Positions 14,801-29,800 of a stretch of DNA of 64,000 nucleotides are shown here, in pieces. Position 1 is the stretch's first letter. Each line of letters opens with the position of its first letter. The notes beneath the pieces are model-generated. The model was not told where the DNA came from and ran no database searches. It saw only the letters and a list, made by a program, of their open reading frames with translations. The stretch is taken from NCBI RefSeq assembly GCF_009914755.1, contig NC_060925.1; one strand, written 5' to 3'. The position numbers were made by a program, and so were the translations under genes. This stretch comes from the human T2T-CHM13v2.0 reference genome, Homo sapiens.

Positions 14801-17800
14801 CATTGAACGGAATCGAATGGAATCATCATCGGATGGAAACGAATGGAATCATCATCGAATGGAAATGAAAGGAGTCATCATCTAATGGAATTGCATGGAA
14901 TCATCATAAAATGGAATCGAATGGAATCAACATCAAATGGAATCAAATGGAATCATTGAACGGAATTGAATGGAATCGTCATCGAATGAATTGACTGCAA
15001 TCATCGAATGGTCTCGAATGGAATCATCTTCAAATGGAATGGAATGGAATCATCGCATAGAATCGAATGGAATTATCATCGAATAGAATCGAATGGAATC
15101 AACATCAAACGGAAAAAAACAGAATTATCGTATGGAATCGAAGAGAATCATCGAATGGACCCGAATGGAATCATCTAATGGAATGGAATGGAATAATCCA
15201 TGGACTCGAATGCAATCATCATCGAATGGAATCGAATGGAATCATCGAATGGACTCGAATGGAATAATCATTGAACGGAATCGAATGGAATCATCATCGG
15301 ATGGAAATGAATGGAATCATCATCGAATGGAATCGAATAGAATTATGGAATGAAATCCAGTGTGATCATCATCGAATGGACCCGAATGGAATCATCATCC
15401 AACGGAAGCTAATGGAATCAACATCGAATGAATCGAATGGAAACACCATCGAATTGAAACGAATGGAATTATCATGAAATTGAAATGGATGGACTCATCA
15501 TCGAATGGATTCGAATGGAATCATCGAATAAAATTGATTGAAATCATCATCCAATGGAATCGAATGGTATCATTGAATGGAATCGAATGGAATCATCATC
15601 AGATGGAAATGAATGGAATCGTCATAGAATGGAATCGAGTGGATTCATTGAATGGAATCAGATGGAATCATCGAATGGACTGGAATGGAATCATTGAATG
15701 GACTCGAAAGGGATCATGATTGAATGGAATTGAATGGAATCATCGAATGGTCTCGATTGGAATCATTATCAAATGGAATCGAATGGAATCACCGAATAGA
15801 ATCGAATGGAACAATCATCGAATGGACTCAAATGGAATTATCCTCAAATGGAATCGAATGGAATTATCGAATGCAATCGTATGGAATTATCGAATGCAAT
15901 CGAATAGAATCATCGAAAGGACTCGAATGGAATCATCGAATGGAATGGAATGGAACAGTCAATGAACTCGAATGGAATCATCATTGAATGGAATCCAATG
16001 GAATCATCGAGTGGAATCGAATGGAATTATGATCAAATGGAATCTAATGTAATCATCATCAAATGGAATCAAAAATAACCATCATCAATTGGTATTGAAT
16101 TGAATTGTCATCAAATGGAATTCAAAGGAATCATCATCAAATGGAACCGAATGGAATCCTCATTGAATGGAAATGAAAGGGATCATCATCTAATGGAATC
16201 GCATGGAATCATCATCAAATGGAATCGAATGGAATCATCATCAAATGGAATCTAATGGAATCATTGAACAGAATTGAATGGAATCGTCATCGAATGAATT
16301 GAATGCAATCATCGAATGGTCTCGAATGGAATCATCTTCTAATGGAAAGGAATGGAATCATCGCATAGAATCGAATGGAATTATCATCGAATGGAATCGA
16401 ATGGTATCAACACCAAACGGAAAAAAACGGAATTATCGAATGGAATCGAAGAGAATCTTCGAACGGACCCGAATGGAATCATCTAATGGAATGGAATGGA
16501 ATAATCCATGGACTCGAATGCAATCATCATCGAATGGAATGGAATGGAATCATCGAATGGACACGAATGGAATAATCATTGAACGGAATCGAATGGAATC
16601 ATCATCGGATGGAAACGAATGGAATCATCATCGAATGGAAATGAAAGGAGTCATCATCTAATGGAATTGCATGGAATCATCATCAAATGGAATCGAATGG
16701 AATCAACATCAAATGGAATCAAATGGAATCATTGAACGGAATTGAATGGAATCGTCATCGAATGAATTGACTGCAATCATCGAATGGTCTCGAATGGAAT
16801 CATCTTCAAATGGAATGGAATGGAATCATCGCATAGAATCGAATGGAATTATCATCGAATGGAATCGAATGGAATCAACATCAAACGGAAAAAAACGGAA
16901 TTATCGAATGGAATCGAAGAGAATCATCGAATGGACCCGAATGGAATCATCTAATGGAATGGAATGGAATAATCCATGGACTCGAATGCAATCATCATCG
17001 AATGGAATCGAATGGAATCATCGAATGGACTCGAATGGAATAATCATTGAACGGAATCGAATGGAATCATCATCGGATGGAAATGAATGGAATCATCATC
17101 GAATGGAATCGAATAGAATTATGGAATGAAATCCAGTGTGATCATCATCGAATGGACCCGAATGGAATCATCATCCAACGGAAGCTAATGGAATCAACAT
17201 CGAATGAATCGAATGGAAACACCATCGAATTGAAACGAATGGAATTATCATGAAATTGAAATGGATGGACTCATCATGGAATGGGTTCGAATAGAATCAT
17301 CGAATAAAATTGATTGAAATCATCATCCAATGGAATCGAATGGTATCATTGAATGGAATCGAATGGAATCATCATCAGATGGAAATGAATGGAATCGTCA
17401 TAGAATGGAATCGAATGGATTCATTGAATGGAATCAGATGGAATCATCGAATGGACTGAAATGGAATCATTGAATGGACTCGAAAGGGATCATGATTGAA
17501 TGGAATTGAATGGAATCATCGAATGGTCTCGATTGGAATCATTATCAAATGGAATGGAATGGAATCACCGAATAGAATCGAATGGAACAATCATCGAATG
17601 GACTCAAATGGAATTATCCTCCAATGGAATCGAATGGAATTATCGAATGCAATCGAATGGAATTATCGAATGCAATCGAATAGAATCATCGAATGGACTC
17701 GAATGGAATCATCGAATGGAGTGGAATGGAACAGTCAATGAACTCGAATGGAATCATCATTGAATGGAATCGAATGGAATCATCGAGTGGAATCGAATGG

Positions 17801-20800
17801 AATTATGATCAAATGGAATTGAATGTAATCATCATCAAATGGAATCAAAAATAACCATCATCAATTAGTATTGAATGGAATTGTCATCAAATGGAATTCA
17901 AAGGAATCATCATCAAATGGAACCGAATGGAATCCTCATTGAATGGAAATGAAAGGGGTCATCATCTAATGGAATCGCATGGAATCATCATCAAATGGAA
18001 TCGAATGGAATCATCATCAAATGGAATCTAATGGAATCATTGAACAGAATTGAATGGAATCGTCATCGAATGAACTGAATGCAATCATCGAATGGTCTCG
18101 AATGGAATCATCTTCTAATGGAAAGGAATGGAATCATCGCATAGAATCGAATGGAATTATCATCGAATGGAATCGAATGGTATCAACACCAAACGGAAAA
18201 AAACGGAATTATCGAATAGATTCGAAGAGAATCTTCGAACGGACCCGAATGGAATCATCTAATGGAATGGAATGGAATAATCCATGGACTCGAATGCAAT
18301 CATCATCGAATGGAATCAAATGGAATCATCGAATGGACTCGAATGGAATAATCATTGAACGGAATCGAATGGAATCATCATCGGATGGAAATGAATGGAA
18401 TCATCATCCAATGGAAATGAAAGGAGTCATCATCTAATGGAATTGCATGGAATCATCATAAAATGGAATCGAATGGAATCAACATCAAATGGAATCAAAT
18501 GGAATCATTGAACGGAATTGAATGGAATCGTCATCGAATGTATTGACTGCAATCATCGAATGGTCTCGAATGGAATCATCTTCAAATGGAATGGAATGGA
18601 ATCATCGCATAGAATCGAATGGAATTATCATCGAATGGAATCGAATGGAATCAACATCAAACGGAAAAAAACGGAATTATCGAATGGAATCGAAGGGAAT
18701 CATCGAATGGACCCGAATGGAATCATCTAATGGAATGGAATGGAATAATCCATGGACTCGAATGCAATCATCATCGAATGGAATCGAATGGAATCATCGA
18801 ATGGACTCGAATGGAATAATCATTGAACGGAATCGAATGGAATCATCATCGGATGGAAACGAATGGAATCATCATCGAATGGAATCGAATATAATTATGG
18901 AATGAAATCCAGTGTGATCATCATCGAATGGACCCGAATGGAATCATCATCCAACGGAAGCTAATGGAATCAACATCGAATGAATCGAATGGAAACACCA
19001 TCGAATTGAAACGAATGGAATTATCATGAAATTGAAATGGATGGACTCATCATCGAATGGATTCGAATGGAATCATCGAATAAAATTGATTGAAATCATC
19101 ATCCAATGGAATCGAATGGTATCATTGAATGGAATCGAATGGAATCATCATCAGATGGAAATGAATGGAATCGTCATAGAATGGAATCGAATGGATTCAT
19201 TGAATGGAATCAGATGGAATCATCGAATGGACTGGAATGGAATCATTGAATGGACTCGAAAGGGATCATGATTGAATGGAATTGAATGGAATCATCGAAT
19301 GGTCTCGATTGGAATCATTATCAAATGGAATCGAATGGAATCACCGAATAGAATCGAATGGAACAATCATCGAATGGACTCAAATGGAATTATCCTCCAA
19401 TGGAATCGAATGGAATTATCGAATGCAATCGAATGGAATTATCGAATGCAATCGAATAGAATCATCGAATGGACTCGAATGGAATCATCGAATGGAATGG
19501 AATGGAACAGTCAATGAACTCGAATGGAATCATCATTGAATGGAATCGAATGGAATCATCGAGTGGAATCGAATGGAATTATGATCAAATGGAATCGAAT
19601 GTAATCATCATCAAATGGAATCAAAAATAACCATCATCAATTGGTATTGAATGGAATTGTCATCAAATGGAATTCAAAGGAATCATCATCAAATGGAACC
19701 GAATGGAATCCTCATTGAATGGAAATGAAAGGGGTCATCATCTAATGGAATCGCATGGAATCATCATCAAATGGAATCGAATGGAATCATCATCAAATGG
19801 AATCTAATGGAATCATTGAACAGAATTGAATGGAATCGTCATCGAATGAATTGAATGCAATCATCGAATGGTCTCGAATGGAATCATCTTCTAATGGAAA
19901 GGAATGGAATCATCGCATAGAATCGAATGGAATTATCATCGAATGGAATCGAATGGTATCAACACCAAACGGAAAAAAACGGAATTATCGAATGGAATCG
20001 AAGAGAATCTTCGAACGGACCCGAATGGAATCATCTAATGGAATGGAATGGAATAATCCATGGACTCGAATGCAATCATCATCGAATGGAATGGAATGGA
20101 ATCATCGAATGGACTCGAATGGAATAATCATTGAACGGAATCGAATGGAATCATCATCGGATGGAAACGAATGGAATCATCATCGAATGGAAATGAAAGG
20201 AGTCATCATCTAATGGAATTGCATGGAATCATCATCAAATGGAATCGAATGGAATCAACATCAAATGGAATCAAATGGAATCATTGAACGGAATTGAATG
20301 GAATCGTCATCGAATGAATTGACTGCAATCATCGAATGGTCTCGAATGGAATCATCTTCAAATGGAATGGAATGGAATCATCGCATAGAATCGAATGGAA
20401 TTATCATCGAATGGAATCGAATGGAATCAACATCAAACGGAAAAAAACGGAATTATCGAATGGAATCGAAGAGAATCATCGAATGGACCCGAATGGAATC
20501 ATCTAATGGAATGGAATGGAATAATCCATGGACTCGAATGCAATCATCATCGAATGGAATCGAATGGAATCATCGAATGGACTCGAATGGAATAATCATT
20601 GAACGGAATCGAATGGAATCATCATCGGATGGAAATGAATGGAATCATCATCGAATGGAATCGAATAGAATTATGGAATGAAATCCAGTGTGACCATCAT
20701 CGAATGGACCCGAATGGAATCATCATCCAACGGAAGCTAATGGAATCAACATCGAATGAATCGAATGGAAACACCATCGAATTGAAGCGAATGGAATTAT

Positions 20801-23800
20801 TATGAAATTGAAATGGATGGACTCATCATCGAATGGATTCGAATGGAATCATCGAATAAAATTGATTGAAATCATCATCCAATGGAATCGAATGGTTTCA
20901 TTGAATGGAATCGAATGGAATCATCATCAGATGGAAATGAATGGAATCGTCATAGAATGGAATCGAATGGATTCATTGAATGGAATCAGATGGAATCATC
21001 GAATGGACTGGAATGGAATCATTGAATGGACTCGAAAGGGATCATGATTGAATGGAATTGAATGGAATCATCGAATGGTCTCGATTGGAATCATTATCAA
21101 ATGGAATCGAATGGAATCACCGAATAGAATCGAATGGAACAATCATCGAATGGACTCAAATGGAATTATCCTCCAATGGAATCGAATGGAATTATCGAAT
21201 GCAATCGAATGGAATTATCGAATGCAATCGAATAGAATCATCGAATGGACTCGAATGGAATCATCGAATGGAATGGAATGGAACAGTCAATGAACTCGAA
21301 TGGAATCATCATTGAATGGAATCGAATGGAATCATCGAGTGGAATCGAATGGAATTATGATCAAATGGAATCGAATGTAATCATCATCAAATGGAATCAA
21401 AAATAACCATCATCAATTGGTATTGAATGGAATTGTCATCAAATGGAATTCAAAGGAATCATCATCAAATGGAACCGAATGGAATCCTCATTGAATGGAA
21501 ATGAAAGGGGTCATCATCTAATGGAATCGCATGGAATCATCATCAAATGGAATCGAATGGAATCATCATCAAATGGAATCTAATGGAATCATTGAACAGA
21601 ATTGAATGGAATCGTCATCGAATGAATTGAATGCAATCATCGAATGGTCTCGAATGGAATCATCTTCTAATGGAAAGGAATGGAATCATCGCATAGAATC
21701 GAATGGAATTATCATCGAATGGAATCGAATGGTATCAACACCAAACGGAAAAAAACGGAATTATCGAATGGAATCGAAGAGAATCTTCGAACGGACCCGA
21801 ATGGAATCATCTAATGGAATGGAATGGAATAATCCATGGACTCGAATGCAATCATCATCGAATGGAATCGAATGGAATCATCGAATGGACTCGAATGGAA
21901 TAATCATTGAACGGAATCGATTGGAATCATCATCGGATGGAAACGAATGGAATCATCATCGAATGGAAATGAAAGGAGTCATCATCTAATGGAATTGCAT
22001 GGAATCATCATAAAATGGAATCGAATGGAATCAACATCAAATGGAATCAAATGTAATCATTGAACGGAATTGAATGGAATCGTCATCGAATGAATTGACT
22101 GCAATCATCCAATGGTCTCGAATGGAATCATCTTCAAATGGAATGGAATGGAATCATCGCATAGAATCGAATGGAATTATCATCGAATGGAATCGAATGG
22201 AATCAACATCCAACGGAAAAAAACGGAATTATCGAATGGAATCGAAGAGAATCATCGAATGGACCCGAATGGAATCATCTAATGGAATGGAATGGAATAA
22301 TCCATGGACTCGAATGCAATCATCATCCAATGGAATCGAATGGAATCATCGAATGGACTCGAATGGAATAATCATTGAACGGAATCGAATGGAATCATCA
22401 TCGGATGGAAATGAATGGAATCATCATCGAATGGAATCGAATAGAATTATGGAATGAAATCCAGTGTGATCATCATCGAATGGACCCGAATGGAATCATC
22501 ATCCAACGGAAGCTAATGGAATCAACATCGAATGAATCAAATGGAAACACCATCGAATTGAAACGAATGGAATTATCATGAAATTGAAATGGATGGTCTC
22601 ATCATCGAATGGATTCGAATGGAATCATCGAATAAAATTGATTGAAATCATCATCGAATGGAATCGAATGGTATCATTGAATGGAATCGAATGGAATCAT
22701 CATCAGATGGAAATGAATGGAATCGTCATAGAATGGAATCGAATGGATTCATTGAATGGAATCAGATGGAATCATCGAATGGACTGGAATGGAATCATTG
22801 AATGGACTCGAAAGGGATCATGATTGAATGGAATTGAATGGAATCATCGAATGGTCTCGATTGGAATCATTATCAAATGGAATCGAATGGAATCACCGAA
22901 TAGAATCGAATGGAATTATCATCGAATGGAATCGAATGGAATTATCCTCCAATGGAATGGAATGGAATTATCGAATGCAATCGAATGGAATTATCGAATG
23001 CAATCGAATAGAATCATCGAATGGACTCCAATGGAATCATCGAATGGAATGCAATGGAACAGTCAATGAACTCGAATGGAATCATCATTGAATGGAATCG
23101 AATGGAATCATCGAGTGGAATCGAATGGAATTATGATCAAATGGAATCGAATGTAATCATCATCAAACGGAATCAAAAATAACCATCATCAATTGGTATT
23201 GAATGGAATTGTCATCAAATGGAATTCAAAGGAATCATCATCAAATGGAACCGAATGGAATCCTCATTGAATGGAAATGAAAGGGGTCATCATCTAATGG
23301 AATCGCATGGAATCATCATCAAATGGAATCGAATGGAATCATCATCAAATGGAATCTAATGGAATCATTGAACAGAATTGAATGGAATCGTCATCGAATG
23401 AATTGAATGCAATCATCGAATGGTCTCGAATGGAATCATCTTCTAATGGAAAGGAATGGAATCATCGCATAGAATCGAATGGAACTATCATCGAATGGAA
23501 TCGAATGGTATCAACACCAAACGGAAAAAAACGGAATTATCGAATGGAATCGAAGAGAATCTTCGAACGGACCCGAATGGAATCATCTAATGGAATGGAA
23601 TGGAATAATCCATGGACTCGAATGCAATCATCATCGAATGGAATCGAATGGAATCATCGAATGGACTCGAATGGAATAATCATTGAACGGAATCGATTGG
23701 AATCATCATCGGATGGAAACGAATGGAATCATCATCGAATGGAAATGAAAGGAGTCATCATCTAATGGAATTGCATGGAATCATCATAAAATGGAATCGA

Positions 23801-26800
23801 ATGGAATCAACATCAAATGGAATCAAATGGAATCATTGAACGGAATTGAATGGAATCGTCATCGAATGAATTGACTGCAATCATCCAATGGTCTCGAATG
23901 GAATCATCTTCAAATGGAATGGAATGGAATCATCGCATAGAATCGAATGGAATTATCATCGAATGGAATCGAATGGAATCAACATCCAACGGACAAAAAC
24001 GGAATTATCTAATGGAATCGAAGAGAATCATCGAATGGACCCGAATGGAATCATCTAATGGAATGGAATGGAATAATCCATGGACTCGAATGCAATCATC
24101 ATCGAATGGAATCGAATGGAATCATCGAATGGACTCGAATGGAATAATCATTGAACGGAATCGAATGGAATCATCATCGGATGGAAATGAATGGAATCAT
24201 CATCGAATGGAATCGAATAGAATTATGGAATGAAATCCAGTGTGATCATCATCGAATGGACCCGAATGGAATCATCATCCAACGGAAGCTAATGGAATCA
24301 ACATCGAATGAATCGAATGGAAACACCATCGAATTGAAACGAATGGAATTATCATGAAATTGAAATGGATGGACTCATCATCGAATGGATTCGAATGGAA
24401 TCATCGAATAAAATTGATTGAAATCATCATCGAATGGAGTCGAATGGTATCATTGAATGGAATCGAATGGAATCATCATCAGATGGAAATGAATGGAATC
24501 GTCATAGAATGGAATCGAATGGATTCATTGAATGGAATCAGATGGAATCATCGAATGGACTGGAATGGAATCATTGAATGGACTCGAAAGGGATCATGAT
24601 TGAATGGAATTGAATGGAATCATCGAATGGTCTCGATTGGAATCATTATCAAATGGAATCGAATGGAATCACCGAATAGAATCGAATGGAACAATCATCG
24701 AATGGACTCAAATGGAATTATCCTCCAATGGAATCGAATGGAATTATCGAATGCAATCGAATGGAATTATCGAATGCAATCGAATAGAATCATCGAAAGG
24801 ACTCGAATGGAATCATCGAATGGAATGGAATGGAACAGTCAATGAACTCGAATGGAATCATCATTGAATGGAATCGAATGGAATCATCGAGTGGAATCGA
24901 ATGGAATTATGATCAAATGGAATCGAATGTAATCATCATCAAATGGAATCAAAATTAACCATCATCAATTGGTATTGAATGGAATTGTCATCAAATGGAA
25001 TTCAAAGGAATCATCATCAAATGGAACCGAATGGAATCCTCATTGAATGGAAATGAAAGGGGTCATCATCTAATGGAATCGCATGGAATCATCATCAAAT
25101 GGAATCGAATGGAATCATCATCAAATGGAATCTAATGGAATCATTGAACAGAATTGAATGGAATCGTCATCGAATGAATTGAATGCAATCATCGAATGGT
25201 CTCGAATGGAATCATCTTCTAATGGAAAGGAATGGAATCATCGCATAGAATCGAATGGAATTATCATCGAATGGAATCGAATGGTATCAACACCAAACGG
25301 AAAAAAACGGAATTATCGAATGGAATCGAAGAGATTCTTCGAACGGACCCGAATGGAATCATCTAATGGAATGGAATGGAATAATCCATGGACTCGAATG
25401 CAATCATCATCGAATGGAATGGAATGGAATCATCGAATGGACTCGAATGGAATAATCATTGAACGGAATCGAATGGAATCATCATCGGATGGAAACGAAT
25501 GGAATCATCATCGAATGGAAATGAAAGGAGTCATCATCTAATGGAATTGCATGGAATCATCATAAAATGGAATCGAATGGAATCAACATCAAATGGAATC
25601 AAATGGAATCATTGAACGGGATTGAATGGAATCGTCATCGAATGAATTGACTGCAATCATCGAATGTTCTCGAATGGAATCATCTTCAAATGGAATGGAA
25701 TGGAATCATCGCATAGAATCGAATGGAATTATCATCGAATGGAATCGAATGGAATCAACATCAAACGGAAAAAAACGGAATTATCGTATGGAATCGAAGA
25801 GAATCATCAAATGGACCCGAATGGAATCATCTAATGGAATGGAATGGAATAATCCATGGACTCGAATGCAATCATCATCGAATGAAATCGAATGGAATCA
25901 TCGAATGGACTCAAAAGGAATAATCATTGAACGGAATCGAATGGAATCATCATCGGATGGAAATGAATGGAATCATCATCGAATGGAATCGAATAGAATT
26001 ATGGAATGAAATCCAGTGTGATCATCATCGAATGGACCCGAATGGAATCATCATCCAACGGAAGCTAATGGAATCAACATCGAATGAATCGAATGGAAAC
26101 ACCATCGAATTGAAACGAATGGAATTATCATGAAATTGAAATGGATGGACTCATCATCGAATGGATTCGAATGGAATCATCGAATAAAATTGATTGAAAT
26201 CATCATCCAATGGAATCGAATGGTATCATTGAATGGAATCGAATGGAATCATCATCAGATGGAAATGAATGGAATCGTCATAGAATGGAATCGAATGGAT
26301 TCATTGAATGGAATCAGATGGAATCATCGAATGGACTGGAATGGAATCATTGAATGGACTCGAAAGGGATCATTATTGAATGGAATTGAATGGAATCATC
26401 GAATGGTCTCGATTGGAATCATTACCAAATGGAATCCAATGGAATCACCGAATAGAATCGAATGGAACAATCATCGAATGGACTCAAATGGAATTATCCT
26501 CCAATGGAATCGAATGGAATTATCGAATGCAATCGAATGGAATTATCGAATGCAATCGAATAGAATCATCGAATGGACTCGAATGGAATCATCGAATGGA
26601 ATGGAATGGAACAGTCAATGAACTCGAATGGAATCATCATTGAATGGAATCGAATAGAATCATCGAGTGGAATCGAATGGAATTATGATCAAATGGAATC
26701 GAATGTAATCATCATCAAATGGAATCAAAAATAACCATCATCAATTGGTATTGAATGGAATTGTCATCAAATGGAATTCAAAGGAATCATCATCAAATGG

Positions 26801-29800
26801 AACCGAATGGAATCCTCATTGAATGGAAATGAAAGGGGTCATCATCTAATGGAATCGCATGGAATCATCATCAAATGGAATCGAATGGAATCATCATCAA
26901 ATGGAATCTAATGGAATCATTGAACAGAATTGAATGGAATCGTCATCGAATGAATTGAATGCAATCATCGAATGGTCTCGAATGGAATCATCTTCTAATG
27001 GAAAGGAATGGAATCATCGCATAGAATCGAATGGAATTATCATCGAATGGAATCGAATGGTATCAACACCAAACGGAAAAAAACGGAATTATCGAATGGA
27101 ATCGAAGAGAATCTTCGAACGGACCCGAATGGAATCATCTAATGGAATGGAATGGAATAATCCATGGACTCGAATGCAATCATCATCGAATGGAATCGAA
27201 TGGAATCATCGAATGGACTCGAATGGAATAATCATTGAACGGAATCGAATGGAATCATCATCGGATGGAAACGAATGGAATCATCATCGAATGGAAATGA
27301 AAGGAGTCATCATCTAATGGAATTGCATGGAATCATCATAAAATGGAATCGAATGGAATCAACATCAAATGGAATCAAATGGAATCATTGAACGGAATTG
27401 AATGGAATCGTCATCGAATGAATTGACTGCAATCATCCAATGGTCTCGAATGGAATCATCTTCAAATGGAATGGAATGGAATCATCGCATAGAATCGAAT
27501 GGAATTATCATCGAATGGAATCGAATGGAATCAACATCAAACGGAAAAAAACGGAATTATCGAATGGAATCGAAGAGAATCATCGAATGGACCCGAATGG
27601 AATCATCTAATGGAATGGAATGGAATAATCCATGGACTCGAATGCAATCATCATCGAATGAAATCGAATGGAATCATCGAATGGACTCGAATGGAATAAT
27701 CATTGAACGGAATCGAATGGAATCATCATCGGATGGAAATGAATGGAATCATCATCGAATGGAATCGAATAGAATTATGGAATGAAATCCAGTGTGATCA
27801 TCATCGAATGGACCCGAATGGAATCATCATCCAACGGAAGCTAATGGAACCAACATCGAATGAATCGAATGGAAACACCATCGAATTGAAACGAATGGAA
27901 TTATCATGAAATTGAAATGGATGGACTCATCATCGAATGGATTCGAATGGAATCATCGAATAAAATTGATTGAAATCATCATCGAATGGAATCGAATGGT
28001 ATCATTGAATGGAATCGAATGGAATCATCATCAGATGGAAATGAATGGAATCGTCATAGAATGGAATCGAATGGATTCATTGAATGGAATCAGATGGAAT
28101 CATCGAATGGACTGGAATGGAATCATTGAATGGACTCGAAAGGGATCATGATTGAATGGAATTGAATGGAATCATCGAATGGTCTCGATTGGAATCATTA
28201 CCAAATGGAATCGAATGGAATCACCGAATAGAATCGAATGGAACAATCATCGAATGGACTCAAATGGAATTATCCTCCAATGGAATCGAATGGAATTATC
28301 GAATGCAATCGAATGGAATTATCGAATGCAATCGAATAGAATCATCGAATGGACTCGAATGGAATCATCGAATGGAATGGAATGGAACAGTCAATGAACT
28401 CGAATGGAATCATCATTGAATGGAATCGAATGGAATCATCGAGTGGAATCGAATGGAATTATGATCAAATGGAATCGAATGTAATCATCATCAAATGGAA
28501 TCAAAAATAACCATCATCAATTGGTATTGAATGGAATTGTCATCAAATGGAATTCAAAGGAATCATCATCAAATGGAACCGAATGGAATCCTCATTGAAT
28601 GGAAATGAAAGGGGTCATCATCTAATGGAATCGCATGGAATCATCATCAAATGGAATCGAATGGAATCATCATCAAATGGAATCTAATGGAATCATTGAA
28701 CAGAATTGAATGGAATCGTCATCGAATGAATTGAATGCAATCATCGAATGGTCTCGAATGGAATCATCTTCTAATGGAAAGGAATGGAATCATCGCATAG
28801 AATCGAATGGAATTATCATCGAATGGAATCGAATGGTATCAACACCAAACGGAAAAAAACGGAATTATCGAATGGAATCGAAGAGAATCTTCGAACGGAC
28901 CCGAATGGAATCATCTAATGGAATGGAATGGAATAATCCATGGACTCGAATGCAATCATCATCGAATGGAATGTAATGGAGTCATCGAATGGACTCGAAT
29001 GGAATAATCATTGAACGGAATCGAATGGAATCATCATCGGATGGAAACGAATGGAATCATCATCGAATGGAAATGAAAGGAGTCATCATCTAATGGAATT
29101 GCATGGAATCATCATAAAATGGAATCGAATGGAATCAACATCAAATGGAATCAAATGGAATCATTGAATGGAATTGAATGGAATCGTCATCGAATGAATT
29201 GACTGCAATCATCGAATGGTCTCGAATGGAATCATCTTCAAATGGAATGGAATGGAATCATCGCATAGAATCGAATGGAATTATCATCGAATGGAATCGA
29301 ATGGAATCAACATCAAACGGAAAAAAACAGAATTATCGTATGGAATCTAAGAGAATCATCGAATGGACCCGAATGGAATCATCTAATGGAATGGAATGGA
29401 ATAATCCATGGACTCGAATGCAATCATCATCGAATGGAATCGAATGGAATCATCGAATGGACTCGAATGGAATAATCATTGAACGGAATCGAATGGAATC
29501 ATCATCGGATGGAAATGAATGGAATCATCATCGAATGGAATCGAATAGAATTATGGAATGAAATCCAGTGTGATCATCATCGAATGGACCCGAATGGAAT
29601 CATCATCCAACGGAAGCTAATGGAATCAACATCGAATGAATCGAATGGAAACACCATCGAATTGAAACGAATGGAATTATCATGAAATTGAAATGGATGG
29701 ACTCATCATCGAATGGATTCGAATGGAATCATCGAATAAAATTAATTGAAATCATCATCCAATGGAATCGAATGGTATCATTGAATGGAATCGAATGGAA

